Shown: piece after piece, positions 25,192 to 39,402 of the stretch
Layout: every line of letters starts with the position of its first letter
Position numbering within the stretch: the stretch's first letter is position 1
Assembly (NCBI RefSeq): GCF_006345805.1
Contig: NC_043019.1
Coordinates: 29,015,360 to 29,079,359, forward strand
Direction of reading: 5' to 3'
DNA from: Octopus sinensis
Taxonomy: Eukaryota
Length of the DNA: 64,000 bases
Program-made: the position numbers and the translations under genes
The notes under the pieces: generated by a model
Database searches by the model: none
What the model saw: the letters and a program-made list of their open reading frames with translations, nothing else
What the model was told of the DNA's origin: nothing

Positions 25192-25647
25192 TGAGGAGGT
25201 GCTCAAAAGTTCCTGGCTTTGGGTAAAAGGAAAATACAAGAGGACCAGTTAATTATGATTTTATTCAGGTGGCACGTAAAAAGCACCATCCGACCGTGGC
25301 TGTTTGGCAGCCCCGTCTGGCACCTGTGCCGGAGGCACGTAAAAAGCTCCCACTACACTCACGGAGTGGTTGGCGTTAGGAAGGGCATCCATAGAAACAT
25401 TGCCAGATCAGACTGGGCCTGGTGCAGCCTTCTGGCTTCCCAGACCCCAGTTGAACCGTCCAACCCATGCTAGCATGGAAAGCGGACGCGAAATGATGAT
25501 GATGATATTCCCTGCTCACATTTACAAACTTAATGCAGTGGTCCTTTCAGTTTTTTTTTAAGCCCTGTAAAAGAACTCAGAAGGTTGGGCTTCCAACCAG
25601 GCCTTTCATGAAAACCTTAAAGCCAGGAACTTTTCAGCACCCCCTCG
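25192..25647 (-). mobile_element. Mariner MITE with a nested family C copy (25268-25505)
   Basis: TA-tgaggaggtgctcaaaagttcctggcttt ... aaagccaggaacttttcagcaccccctcg-TA. Confidence 0.85.
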
Positions 25648-26089
25648 TATGTGTGCATGAGAGAGAGAGGGAAGAGAGAGAGAGAGAGAAAGATGGTTTG
25701 ATGGTTCAGAGAGGCTTTATTTTTGTGAGATGATGATGTAGTTACAGCTTCAGTTTTTTTTTTCTATACTGATAAGGAAATACTGAACAGCATGGTGCAA
25801 GTGCTTGGGAAAATTACTTTGGTATTGTCATATTGCCTGTAGATGTGTTCATATTTAATTATGTTACTAAAGAAATTGCAGACTTGTGTGATATGAATGG
25901 AAGGACAAAAGATTGGATGGGAATGTTGTCTGTAGCACAGTTGATGATACTGTGTGTAGAATTGAACTTTTGGTGATTTGGTAGAACAAGAGAAGGACAT
26001 CGAAGAATTGCTATCTTGACATACACTGTAGTTTCATGAATGGATGGCCTTCATATTAGACATTGCAAAAACTGTCACTCCCGTCTCTC

Positions 26090-26360
26090 TGTGATTTACC
26101 GACATGCCATTTCCGCACTCTATCTTTTCTACTTTTAGCTTCTACAATGGTCCCTTCTTTTCAGCATTGGCTGGTCTTATTCTGTTGTCAACAACAATAC
26201 TGACTCACACAACACCTCTTCTATCATCACCCATTGTAAGTACCTCTCCATCCCTCTACCAATGACTATGTTCCAAGAATGCCAGCCGTTTCAGATTCTC
26301 TCTATGACCATGGTCTTTCTGTGACTGTCAATTTGCAGTTGTTGAAAAAAAAAACATCAA
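26090..26360 (+). mobile_element. Very old CR1/Jockey-group LINE C-terminal remnant
   Basis: YVPRMPAVSDSLYDHGLSVTVNLQLLK loosely follows FFPRT..WNSLP..FP...NLQ.FK. Confidence 0.35.
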
Positions 26361-26565
26361 CTGCATCAACCCCATTGGTTTCAGAGGGCCTGAGGGAAGG
26401 TACTAGGTACAACCCTTCCATGAGGGAACAAACTTATATATATATAAAAAAGGCACACAACATAACTTCAGTATACTCAAGATATTGTAGTTGTTCAGAC
26501 CCAAGTAAACTCTCATACACCAGAGATATATGAACAAAGCTGTTCTAACTGTAAATTTATCAGGG

Positions 26566-26617
<52 letters not shown>

Positions 26618-26649
26618 ATGAAAACTTTCAAGCATGCCTCTGAGTAGGT

Positions 26650-26860
26650 ATTGCCAGCAGATTCTCTGCTCAACTTTGTCATGGTCAATATAACGATCAC
26701 ATGTTACATGCCATCCTTCAAAGCACTGCTGTAAACAACAGAAGTGAGCTAGAACATCAAAACTCACAGAGTTCAGGGTCAATCTGTGCCACATGGTTTT
26801 ACTGTGTGCTTTAGCTTTGTTACTATGGCAACAATCTGGATACCTACTGATCAGATCATG
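26650..26860 (-). mobile_element. Mariner 5' end (family of 5697)
   Basis: KVEQRIC; TIR resembles the reverse complement of 5697-5735; TA at 26861. Confidence 0.7.
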
Positions 26861-27089
26861 TATATATATTTTTCATCTGATTTTATCCCTATCAACGCTT
26901 GAAGCTATTGTAGCATAAGGGACTACAAAATCATGGAAAGAAGAAGCCTACAAATTCAAAAAATGATTCACAGAAAGCTTAAAAGACTGAATACCACAGA
27001 CAAAAATGGAAACAAGGTAATGGCAGTGAGGTTATAGTCCCCCTTTTACTCCAAATCCATCTACATTAAATGACCAGCACTTTTCTATA

Positions 27090-27470
27090 CAACTGTTCTA
27101 ATCCATACACATCACAAGTCCACATCAGAGTGATCTCTCTCTTGTACACACACCAGATTCCTCATATGTTCAGTTTTGCTCTGAGTTCATTTATGTTCTG
27201 TCATTCATGCACATGAGTATTACACATCCAGTGAAGCATGCTTGCTTTGGTTCTGTCTGATCTCTGCACATCCTGTGCATTCAAGCATTACATCTCATTA
27301 CCATGCAGTATCACACTTTGCATACAAGCATCACACAATCTGTTCTTCCTTCTAAGTGAGAAGTCCTTTGATGCCAACAAAGATAATAGCTCCTTGAACT
27401 TTTTCCAGCCAATTCTTATTAGGGCCATAGTGCTCTCAGAACACCCATCCCCCTTACTCATTAGGGTTTA
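27090..27470 (-). mobile_element. RTE LINE fragment
   Basis: IRIGWKKFKELLSLLASK..NRLCDACMQSVILHGNE..ASMLHWMCN. Confidence 0.7.
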
Positions 27471-28061
27471 GTCATTTATTTTGACCTCTGTACTTATTTT
27501 TAAGTTTAGTCATTACCTTATGATTTCTATTTGTTGAACAATGAAGTTACAAGACAGATACATATGATTGCAAACACACCATCAGTTTCCCCACACAGTT
27601 TCTTTCTAATTCCACTCACAAATAACAGAACTGAGTACTTCTGGAGAATCAACGCACACACATTTACATTTACACATATGTCATTTACAAAAGATTACTA
27701 CAAAATATTCAAGGAAATCTACAACCAAGATTCAAACTATACGAAATAATTACAAACAACAAATAACATAAATCAAATCTAGAAAAAACTATTTTAAGAT
27801 CTTTCAGAAAAAATATTTTCCACAAATTTATGTTATTGTTATTTAAGCTCCAGGTCAGCCCTAATCAAGCAGACCTATGATCAAAGATATTCAAACCATA
27901 ATCATGTCAATTATTTAGAAGTATAGATGGGACATTCCTAACAAGTTGTAGCTTATCCGTTTTTTTTTATTGCTGCTTCTGTTGTTGTTGTTGTTAGCTA
28001 TGAACAAACAAACTTTTAATTAAATGATATTCCAACCATAACCTTACTATCATTTATATAT

Positions 28062-28494
28062 TTAATGCTTTAGCATTTAAACAAGCCATATCAGGCTCCA
28101 ATATTCTACCGGTTTTATCTCCAAACCAGCCAGATCCAGCCTTTCGTACCTATCCTACAATGTCATTCTAAAAATACACAATCACATCATTGAAATCTCA
28201 AAGCTATGAAATAATGCAGGATTAATTCAGACAATGTGAATCAATAAGCATTACATCTGGCAGAGTAATCCGAATACTAAAGAGTAAAACAAGCCATATC
28301 AGGCTCAAATATTCTACATGTTTTATGTTCAAACCAGCCAGCTCCAGTCTTTCATACTTATCCTACAATGTCATTTGAAAAATATACAATCATATCATCA
28401 AAATCTCAAAGCTACACAAAAATGCAGGATCAATTCAAAACTATGTGAATAATATGCATAACATTTGACAGAAATCTGAGTGCTAAAGGGTTAA
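28062..28494. mobile_element. piggyBac-type MITE family E, tandem dimer
   Basis: Two roughly 210-bp units starting aaacaagccatatcaggctc; ends gctaaaggg-TTAA; monomer inverted at 60760-60986. Confidence 0.75.
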
Positions 28495-28811
28495 AATATC
28501 ATTATCCAATTTATATTTAATTTTTCAAGACAACAGGGGAATTTAACTGTTGTTTTTAGAAAGATAGGGAACTTCCCCAACCCCAATGGAGGTATCTGGT
28601 GAAACAGGTTGCAATGGAGGTAGGTTGTTGTTGTTATTTGGTCTGAGATCAACACTGATCCAGTTTAAACTACAATCAAACTCTTTCTAGTCTTGCCCAT
28701 GATGTGATTGCTTTTTGTGTGGTTTTCATTTTTTGTTTCCCAATCTTAGTGCAAGCATAGCTGTATGATTAGGAAGCTCACATATTATTAGGAAACATGG
28801 CTGTATGATGA

Positions 28812-29102
28812 GGCACATGGCCTAGTGGTCGAGGGATCGCGGGTTCAAGTCTCAGACCGGGCGATGTGTGTGTTTATGAGCGAAACACCAAAAGCTCCAC
28901 GCGGCTCCAGCAGAAGGTAATGGTGAACTTCTGCTGACTCTTTTGCCACAACTTTCTCTCACTCCTTCCTCCTGCATCTTGCAGCTCACCTGCGACGGAC
29001 CGGCATCCTGTCCTGGTGGGGAATCTATACGTGAAGGAAAGCGGGAAACCGGCCCTTATGAGCCAGGCATGACTCGAAAAGGAACAAACAAAACAACAAC
29101 AA
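28812..29102 (+). mobile_element. tRNA-derived SINE with a V-domain-like motif
   Basis: ggcacatggcctagtggt..gggttcaagtc head; cctgcgacggaccggcatcctgtcc; (CAA)n tail. Confidence 0.65.
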
Positions 29103-29457
29103 TTAGGTTTTGTTCCATTGCATATCAACATGCAGAAGCATAGCCCTGAGTTGGCTTATGGCTAGTGAATGAGATTGGTAGGAAACTGTGTAGAAGCCTG
29201 CTGGTGTGTTTGCATTCATATGTATCTGTCTCTATGTCAATCTTAACATTTCCATTGCTTGAACAACAGGGCTTTGTGATTCTGTCTTGTAAACTTAACA
29301 GTTCAACAAATAGCAATCACCAGATAATAACCAAACTGTAAAAATACGTACTAAGGTTGAAATAAATGAAACCTTTCACGATGGTGCTCCAGCATGGCCA
29401 CAATCCAAAAAACTAAGCCAAGCAAAAGAATAAAAACAACAATGTAGAATAATATAT

Positions 29458-29688
29458 CTATTTCTTTACTACCCACAAGGGGCTAAACACAGAGGGGACA
29501 AACAAGGACAGACAAACAGATTAAGTCAATTATATTGACCCCAGTGTGTAACTGGTACTCATTTAATCGACCCCGAAAGGATGAAAGGCAAAGTCGACCT
29601 CGGCGGAATTCGAACTCAGAACGTAACGGCAGATGAAATACCGCTAAACATTTCGCCCGACGTGCTAACGATCTTGCCAGCTCACCCT
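29458..29688 (-). mobile_element. SINE family A
   Basis: Full-length reverse complement of A. Confidence 0.85.
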
Positions 29689-29922
29689 TCCTAGCTTTTG
29701 AAGATAGCAGTGTGGTGCTCAGTAAAGATTTGACTGCTATTTCTAACAGCTGGAGTGACCACATAAGAGATATACTTGTTGGCTCTAGTGCATAACGCAT
29801 TAGTACTCTATCAATGTGAAATGATGCCAGAACACTGCCCAAGGCACGCAAGAACAAGTATGTAAATTATCTGTCACTTTAATCACTACGATTCATGTAA
29901 GTCGGAGTGCACGGAGATAATG

Positions 29923-29978
29923 CTATATATATATATATATACACACACACACATATATATATATATGTGTTATATATA

Positions 29979-30023
<45 letters not shown>

Positions 30024-30072
30024 CACACATATATATATATGGTGTATATATATATATATGTGTATATATATA

Positions 30073-30103
<31 letters not shown>

Positions 30104-30138
30104 TATATATATATATATGTGTATTATATATATATGTG

Positions 30139-30191
<53 letters not shown>

Positions 30192-30269
30192 GTATGTATA
30201 TATATATGTGTATATATATATAATATATATGTATATATGTAATATATATATATTATATATATATATGTG

Positions 30270-30305
<36 letters not shown>

Positions 30306-30322
30306 ATATATATATATGTGTA

Positions 30323-30353
<31 letters not shown>

Positions 30354-30369
30354 ATATATATATATATAT

Positions 30370-30424
<55 letters not shown>

Positions 30425-30439
30425 TGTATATTATTATAT

Positions 30440-30487
<48 letters not shown>

Positions 30488-30549
30488 GTATATTATTATA
30501 TATATATGTATATGTAATATATATATATGTATATATATATATGTATATG

Positions 30550-30581
<32 letters not shown>

Positions 30582-30593
30582 TATAATATATAT

Positions 30594-30625
<32 letters not shown>

Positions 30626-30694
30626 ATATATATATATATATGTGTATATAATATATATATATATAAGTATATGTATTATATATATATATATAAG

Positions 30695-30747
<53 letters not shown>

Positions 30748-30787
30748 ATATATATATATTACATATATATGTGTGTGCGTGTATATA
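29923..30787. repeat. Long interrupted (TA)n microsatellite
   Basis: Read directly; similar blocks at 40790-41165 and 59850-60180. Confidence 0.92.
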
Positions 30788-31104
30788 AGATTACGAGATA
30801 GCTTTTCCTTGTAATACCTGTACGATTTAAAACTACTACTACTACTACTAATAATAATAATAATAATAATTGAAACTTGTAAAAACATCCAAATATTAAT
30901 ATTCATTCTGAATACACGTGAATCGATCATTAAACAGAATTTTCAAAGATATCAAAATATTGATAAATATTCCAGAAACTGTACAAAAAGACAAAAAAAA
31001 AACCAAAACAAAAACTAAATGCTCACACACACACACACAAGGTGTAAAATTTAACAATATCAAAACCTCGACTTTTGAAATTATTACTATTGTTATTATT
31101 ATTA

Positions 31105-31136
<32 letters not shown>

Positions 31137-32165
31137 TTTAATCTTATTACCCCCTCCCACTTACAAGCCAGGAAATTTAGTCTTGAACAGGAAACTGCAG
31201 AAACAGACAAGACATATATCATATGATTTAGATAAGCAATACCAAACATTAAAGCAAATATAAATAGTAGTAGTAGTAGTAGTAGTAGTGGTGGAGGAGG
31301 TGGTGGTGGCGGCGGCAACAGGAGTAGTAAATTAATATAACTTATCTATAGCATAAAAAAATGAATTAAATCATTTGTGGAAAGAGAAGCATAGAGAGAG
31401 AGAGCGTGTGTGTGTGAGAGAGAGAGAGTGTGTGTGTGTGTGAGAGAGAGAGTGTGTGTGTGTGTGAGAGAGAGAGAGAGCGTGTGTGTGTGTGTGAGTG
31501 AGAGAGAGAGCATGTGTGTGTGTGTGAAAGAGAGAGAGAGAGTGTGTGTGTATGAGAGAGAGAGAGAGAGCGTATGTGTGTGTGAGTGAGAGAGAGAGAG
31601 AGTGAGAAAGAGTGTGTGTGTGAGATAGAGAGAGAGAGAGAATGTGTGTGAGAGAGAGAGAATGTGTGAGAGAGAGAGAGAATGTGTGAGATAGAGAGAG
31701 AGAATGTGTGAGAGAGAGAGAGGACAACAGACTAGAGGACAAAAAAGAAGTAACGAGAGAATAAGAGGATTAATCATCACAATGGTCGTTACCGCCCCAC
31801 CACCTCATTACATTCACAATAATAATGGTTTCAAATTTTGGCACAAGGCCAGCAAGAGTAAGTCAATTACATCGACCCCCAGTATTTCACTGGTACTTAT
31901 TTTACTGACTCCAAAAGGATGAAAGGCAAAGTCAACCTTGGCGGGATTTGAACTCAGAAAGTAAACAATCATCGTTTCTTTCAATCACCAACCTTTTCTT
32001 TTTCTTTACCCGTACCAACATGGCTTAGTGAGGTGGTTAAACAAAGGTGGCTTTTGTCATTTTCCCTGCTAGAACCAAGTATTTTGTAGCATCAAACCAG
32101 GTTAATGGTGATCAAGAAGACCGATGACTGAAAGCATTTCAGCCATGACCATCCTGTCTTATAGA

Positions 32166-32462
32166 CCACCAGTCCCCAATCCTTTTTGCACCATGAAGTG
32201 GTTTCATGGAAGACAGTTCTTCCACAGACCAGGGTATCACATGCATAACAACACACAAAGTACGTGATATATACCTAATTGTTACATGTCTAATAATACA
32301 GGTTTATCACATGCCTAACACATAAATACAAAATCACCCTGTAGACTGTGATAGACATTGAAATAGAAATAAAATTTATAAATATATTCTTTCTGAGCGG
32401 CCCAGTACCAAAAGATCTATGGCCTGCCACTGGTCTGCAGCCCAATGGCTGGGAAGCCAGGA
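32166..32462. mobile_element. MER1-like hAT/Charlie MITE (second copy near 54265-54554)
   Basis: gtccccaatcctttttgcacc..ggtttcatggaagaca..ttccacagacc 5' end; gcggcccagtacc..ggctggga 3' end. Confidence 0.6.
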
Positions 32463-35400
32463 CACTGTTACTAGCCATTTTACCTGATGTGTTCTTATTT
32501 CAGACATGCTAAAGTGTTATTTATGGGAGATTTGATTACTCTTTCTAGCAGACTGAGGAACTGTATAGTGCAATGATTCTAAACCTTTTCAATATCCAGG
32601 CCAGACCCCAAAAGTGGATTTTTTAGGGCACCACACCCAAAAGAGTAAAACATAAATAAATTAAAGAAAAACTTATTATATTTATAGAGAGAAGACTGTC
32701 GGGGCTGCTGGAAAGAAAGTTTATATTTGGATTTTGTTGTTGAAGCAGCTCAGTAATGTAAGCATGTTATCAATATCACATAATAGGATATCACATACTT
32801 AAGGGATATCCTTTAAATGAAGTACTGCAGCTTTGAAGTGTTTAAGAACACACACACACATTATCTATGTGATATTGGTAAGACTTGATTTGATTTACTT
32901 CAAGGTGAATGGGTTGGGGTAGTGCTATAGCCCTTTTTAGGACTAGCAGGGCTGATAGGAGAAAGTTATCATGGAAGAAGAGAGCAAGACCTGGTCTCAA
33001 TGCTTGCAACAGAATGAACCCCGCTGAAGGCTTCCAAAGGCTTGATTGTGGTGATTTTACACTGAGATGAAATAATTCAACCTATGAAGGACATGGACAG
33101 TTCTGCAGAGGTGTTGCTGCAAAATTTCAAACTCCCCAATTTCACTAACAATGCTTTGTTCATTCTGAAGTTAGGGTAGAAGATATTTGGCCGATAATGG
33201 AATACAGTGGGGTTGAACTGGAAACTGTGTTGTTGCGAAGGAAATTTCTCATCCACACAACAGGCACAAGCATGACTGAAACCTAATAAGTTTGCTTCCC
33301 AACCGCATGGTTCTAGGTTCAGTTCCACTTCATCGCACCTTGAGCCAAGTGTCTTTTACTATAGCTCCAGGCTTACCAAAACCTTCAGTAGATTTAGGGC
33401 AAACAGAAACTGAAAGGAGCCCATCATATATAAATGTGTGTGTGTGTGTGTGTGTAGAAATAGCAATTAACTCTCTCCAAAATCATACAAAGTTGGCTCA
33501 CTTTAACTATTTTGGTACAAACCCATCTGAAAATGCCCCTGGTCCTATAATACAAACTTCCTGTCAAAATTTCAGGTTAATTCATAACCCAAACACTAGC
33601 TTAATAATAACAAAACTCTTCTACTAAATTCAATATTTTAAAAATTAGTTGAAACAAAGGCAACGTATTTCAGTAGAAATATGGTAACAAAAGGGTTAGG
33701 AGAAAAAAAAACAAAAGAAAGAAAACAGATAATGGAACCCATGTTTACACTGTGGCTGAAGAAAAAAAATGTCATAGCTGGAATATTTTTCATTATAGTA
33801 CTGTTCAATAAGAGTTGGACACAAACAATAACAGAAAAAATTATATAAAAGAATATGGTTATTATATACACACACCTTTTTCATCTGTCATGGCTCCCTT
33901 ACTTTCTCTCTCTCTCACTTCATTAATTGACCACACACAAATACTTCTAATATCTTGGTAATGGTGTCAGCATCGGGTCAATTATTCTCAATATGTTAGG
34001 GAGGGGTTGGTGCATGTATGTGTGTGTGTGGTGATTCCTTGTTATGAATCATCACTCCATTATTATTCTCTTGTCACAAGGAAAAAATATATTGGAAGAT
34101 ATATGTAAAAATATTAGAATATTAAATGGGTCCTTATTAATATACATGTATACATGTGCGTGTGTGTGTATGTATATATATATATATACACACAGATACA
34201 TAAATGCACATATATATCTTTATAAATACACACACACATTTATAAATATATATATACATATATACACATGTACCTATGCATATACATAATACATTCCACA
34301 CACACAGAGGCATGGATATGTGCTTGAGAAATTTGCTTTCCAACCACATAATTTAAGATTTAGTCCCACTGCATAAAGTCTTGGTTAAATGTCTTTTACA
34401 AAAGCTTTGGACAAAACAAAACCTTGTCAAGAGGATTTTGAAGACAGAAACTGAAGGATGCCCATTATGTAATGTAGGTGTGTGTGTGTGTGGGGGGGGG
34501 GGGGTTGTGTCTCCTTGTGTTGATATCAAATGGTAGCTGTAAACAAACATCCTCTTCGGGCAAACAATGTCCTTCATTTCCAGTATTTTGTGAAAACACA
34601 TCTGGCCAATTTGAAAGTATGACCTTATTTAGAAATGGGTGAAGGTTGGCGACAAGAAGGGCACCTGGCTGCAGAAAATCTACCTGAACAAATTCTATTC
34701 AACCATGCAAGCATGAAAAATTGGACACTGATGAGGACACACAAACTTAAGGAGATACATATGTGCATGTGTATACCTAAGTGTAAACAAGAAGGAAAAG
34801 AGAGTTGAATACTGAAAGTAAGGAGATGAAATTCATTGTAAAATGAAATTTTAAATAGTGCTACTCTGAATTTTTTTGTTGCCAATCACCAATAGGATTC
34901 AAAAATATGGTATTTACTGAGCATACAACAAGAGTGCAGAAGGGAATGACATTGATGTGTCCTCACACACACACATATACACTTTCTCTCTCCAGGGCAC
35001 AGGCTTGAACAAAATACACATAGATATATATTGTTTCATGCTGATCTAGCCTTAGAATTATGTTAAGAGATACACGTGTCTGTGGAGTACTCAGTCACGT
35101 ACACATTAATTTAATGGCCGATGGAGAACCGATAATCATAAATGTGCATGTGCACATACCTTTGTAGGACCAAGTTGAACTTAATCACCCGTGTCTGTAG
35201 TTAAAAGCACCCAATAGTCAGAATTTACAACGACCACAACAATCATCCTTGACTTCTTTTTAATCTAAAAATGACAATGTCTTTCACGTTTTCTAAAGAA
35301 ATTCTGTTTTCTTTTTCTCTTTATCATGCCCTCCCCTTCTTAATTTGAGGTCAGGCCAGTTTAACTTTTAGTTATTACACTGAGAGGCAAGAAGGGAGGT

Positions 35401-35984
35401 CAATGCTTGAAGAAATATATTAAATATATGTAAATATATATTCCACTCTTTTTATAATTTGCAAAGTAAGAGTGAAGTGTAAATTGATTTCTAACAAAAG
35501 CAACAAGCCATAATTTTTTTTTCCCCCGTTCACCTTTTTTGGTGTGTGGGAAGCATAGTCATTGAACACATCGATTCAAGTGCTTATTTTATTGACTACA
35601 GAGAAAATTATATATTGAAGAATATAATTTCATGCAACAGAATATATACCTACATTAAACAAGAAATTTGATTTTCAAAAAAAAAAAAAAAATGAAAAAA
35701 AAAGAGTAGAGATTTTTCTTTTTTCAATATATTCCAAAAAATTGCCTCCCTCCACCACAAATTCTCATCTACTTACAGATTGAATTTTTATAATCTCAGG
35801 TAATTAAATAAGAATGGAAAAAAAATAAAATAATAAAACAGAGATCAACATATTTTTCAGATTAAAAAACCCCTGTGTGAATGAGTATATATATATGTAC
35901 ATAGAAATATATGTACACACACACATATCTTATACTTGTGTTACTCATAAGACTGGTCATGCTAGGACACTGCTTTGAAGAATT

Positions 35985-36230
35985 TTGGCATATTTCGGTC
36001 ATATTATGCGGAGAAAATCCCTGGAGAAGTACATCATGCTCGGAATGGTCAGTGGCAAGAGAGGAAGAGGTCGACCAAGAACCTGCTGACTTGACACCAT
36101 CAAGAGTGATACTGGAATGGACATAGCCAATCTGAGAGAAGCGGCCCAGGATAGAACTGACTGGAGGACACTGATCCAACGAGTGACCGAGAGTCGACTT
36201 CGACTGAGCGGATAGAGAGAGAGAGAGAGA
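35985..36230 (+). mobile_element. 5'-truncated RTE/BovB-like LINE
   Basis: LAYFGHIMRRKSLEKYIMLGMVSGKRGRGRPRTC*LDTIKSDTGMDIANLREAAQDRTDWRTLIQRVTESRLRLSG* followed by (AG)n. Confidence 0.88.
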
Positions 36231-36834
36231 ATCAACTTCAGTACTTTTTTTTTTGAAGTCTAATACTTATTCTATTGGCCTCTTTTGCTGAACTGCTAAG
36301 TTATGGGGGACATAAACACATCATCACCGGTTGTCAAGTGGTGGTGGGGAACCAAACCACATATACACACAATGGGCTTTATCCAGTTTCTGTTTACCAA
36401 ACCTACTTACAAGGTTTTAGTCAACATGAGGCTAGAGTAGAAGATACTTGTCCCCGATGCTGCACAGTAGAGCTGAATCCAGTAGTTGAAAAGCAAATGT
36501 CTTAGCACACAGCCATGCATGCATCTACATATCTTCTTTTAATTCAATTTTACTCGTTTATTGTGGCCATGCTGGGGCACTATTTTCAATAGCTTTTTTG
36601 TCAATTACATCAAGGTCTGTAGTTATTTCAGTCTGGTATACATGCATACATACATACAAACACATGGAGCATTTCTGCTCCATGTGTATCTAGTAACCAA
36701 ATCCACTGGTAAATTGTCGGTCAACTAAAGACCATTGGTGGAAGCACATGCCAAAATTTCCAAGCAATACGATGGAACCTTGTAACATGTGGTTGTCATG
36801 CAAACTTCTTAACCACATAGCAATACCTTGATTT

Positions 36835-36878
<44 letters not shown>

Positions 36879-38489
36879 TCTGCACACACACACACACACA
36901 CACATGCACATATGTATGTATATCATTATTCAATTTTATTTCAAGATTTCTTGCCAATAGAGAAAGAGACTGTTTCTAACCTAGATCCAAATCTCCTTCA
37001 TTAGAATTTCAACGACATCAATAGGGTATTTTTGTATGTATGTATGTATGTATGTATGTATGTATGTATGTATGTATATGTGCAGATTTGCATGTCTTGT
37101 TTTATGTATGTATTCTCATGCATATAGCTGCATGTCTAGACATGCTCATATATAATTAAATGATAAACTTCTGGGAAGTTTTACAGATTTTTACAGTTCC
37201 AGTGATGGCTTGGATCTGTAGTCTTTCAATCAGCTTTCCCCTCTCTGGTTTTGAGAAGCCTAATTTCTCAAGATTGGTACTGAGACAGAGTGTCAAACAT
37301 CCCATTATGCATGTGTGTGTTAATTGTTGGGTAGGAAAAGTGCAGTTTTATTTAATAGAAGAGAAAAGGATCCCTCCCACTTCCAAAATCCTTATCAGAA
37401 TTAAAACCATAAAATAACATTATAAGTAGCTGGGATCATGGTTTACAAAGGAGGGCTATGTGTGCATATGGGGGGAGGGGGTCTTCAGGGGATTGTACCT
37501 AAGTAGATTATATAGTTATCACTGTTATGTAGATTTTTTGGGGTTTTTTTTTTTGCAATTTGAAATGAAATTTGTTAAAGAACAGATTATCAAATGTAAT
37601 GGAATGTTGTTGTTTAGCCCCAGGTCAACTCCAATCAAGCAGAGTTATAATCAAGGGCATTCCAGCCATAGCAATCCTATCCTCCCCACCCCCACTCAGG
37701 CATGGTGAATCAAAAACTTCATCATCAAATGTGTCGCTTTTTTGAGATACTAAAGTGTAATTTGAGAAAATTAGGTTGCTATTTCTAGCAATTCTAGTGA
37801 CCACATAGGAACTCCATAATTAACAAGGTTAATGGAATGTTATCACTGGTGGATTGGTGAAATAGTTTACAAATATTGCCGTGTGGCATTTAGTTACAAC
37901 TCTCTACATTCTGAGTTCAATTACCACTTAAGCCAGCTTGGCCTTTCATCCTTCCAGGGTCAATGAAATAAAGCATTTGTAAAATAAAATCTAGTGTCGA
38001 CTTAACATTCTTATAAAGCATCCACAATGTGAATGGAATTATATTAGAAGAAGAATATATGGCTAAATGTACATGTGGAATTCCTCCTACACAAGTTGGA
38101 AAATCAAATTAGTTCCTTCTTTACCTTTATTTCCTTACTCTTTTACCATTTTCAATCATTAGACTGCACCCCTCAAGGGTCTTTAAAGTCTATCTTATAC
38201 TCAACACTTACTACAGTCTGGTGCATGTTGTCTTGTTTATCACTGATGCATTCACCACTTATCTGTATAACATGGTAAACTCAACTGCGAACCATGTTTT
38301 GCTTATCACAAATTGGTCATCAATCAAAGACTAGCTCATACCACAAAAACATGCCCCAGCAATCACATACAATGCTCAGCTACCCAGAATGCACTGGCTA
38401 TTGCTTGTATATACATGACTGTGCTGCAAGGCTGCATTTTTTTGATAAGGATTTATATGCTTGTATCCATTAACATGTGGTCAGTAAAC

Positions 38490-38610
38490 AGAAGTGTATT
38501 CTCTACCGGAAAAGTAGAGATGAGCAAGAAAACACGTGGTGGCTTAAGCTTTGCTGCTATGGGCTGCAAAATTGGCATCAATGAATCTACCATTCATTCA
38601 TTCCATTTAC
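38490..38610 (+). mobile_element. Tigger/pogo transposase N-terminal HTH remnant
   Basis: KVEMSKKTRGGLSFAAMGCKIGINESTIHS. Confidence 0.55.
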
Positions 38611-38959
38611 AAAGTGCATGGAGATGATCCATTTATCACTGTACTTTTTTCTTTAACCCTTTTGATACCAACCCTGCTGAAACCAGCTCTGGCTCTGGCT
38701 CTTGTTTTCATAAGCTTTGAATTAAAATCTTCCACCAAGCCTTAGTCACAATTTATGTTCCTAAAACTAGCTGAATGATAACTAAGTTATTTTACTAAAT
38801 TCTTTGTTATATTTAAAATAATTGAAAGAAACACAGAGCATCTCAAAATAAATACAGTAACAAAAGGGTTAATGACAGATGTTTTACTGAATGACTAAAT
38901 TTCATTACTAGACACAATGTTCTTTTCTTTAAATTCGATGAGCCTAGATTACAGTGCTT

Positions 38960-39360
38960 CCTTCTCTACAGTACGGAGCTGAAAGCTTGACAATTCATAA
39001 AGCTCAAGCAGACAAGTTACACACATACATGAAGAGACAGCTGTGACAGATTATGAATATCACTCCGTTTGACAAGCTCAAGCAGAGATCCTCCAACATC
39101 CGGGTCCACCTCCTATGATAGAAATCCTCATAGATAGAAATTCATGTTGGTTGGGTCATGTACACAGGAAGGACAACAGCATACTCTCCAGACAACTCCT
39201 TTACCCACAACTATACAAGAGGAAAAGAAACCATGGAAGACCTTGACTGAGATTCAAAGATACCGCAAAAAGGAATACGAAGTGGAAAGGAATTACTCAT
39301 AGTAAATGGCAAACTCAAGCAAAGAATCCATCATTGTGGGGACAGCTTTTCAAGTCATGC
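38960..39360 (+). mobile_element. RTE LINE C-terminal remnant
   Basis: LQYGAES..; WLGHVHRKDNSILSRQLLYPQLYKRKRNHGRP*LRFKDTAKRN. Confidence 0.8.
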
Positions 39361-39402
39361 CACTGTCATGAACAGTCAGTTGTGATAACAAACAGCAAAT
39401 AA

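Noticed and set aside
31236-31252. FGIA match resembling the PDZ GFGIA loop
   Set aside because: Wrong side of the PDZ1 exon, no splice sites, low-complexity context.
35771-35800. 18-nt micro-exon candidate before gtaagt
   Set aside because: Acceptor would be GAG in an AT-rich context; no supporting homology.
36955-37240. Two further hammerhead-like strings on minus (CTAATGA..GAAAC; CTGATTGA..GGAAC)
   Set aside because: Core positions are broken and I could not form stem I; possibly degenerate Penelope-like repeats.
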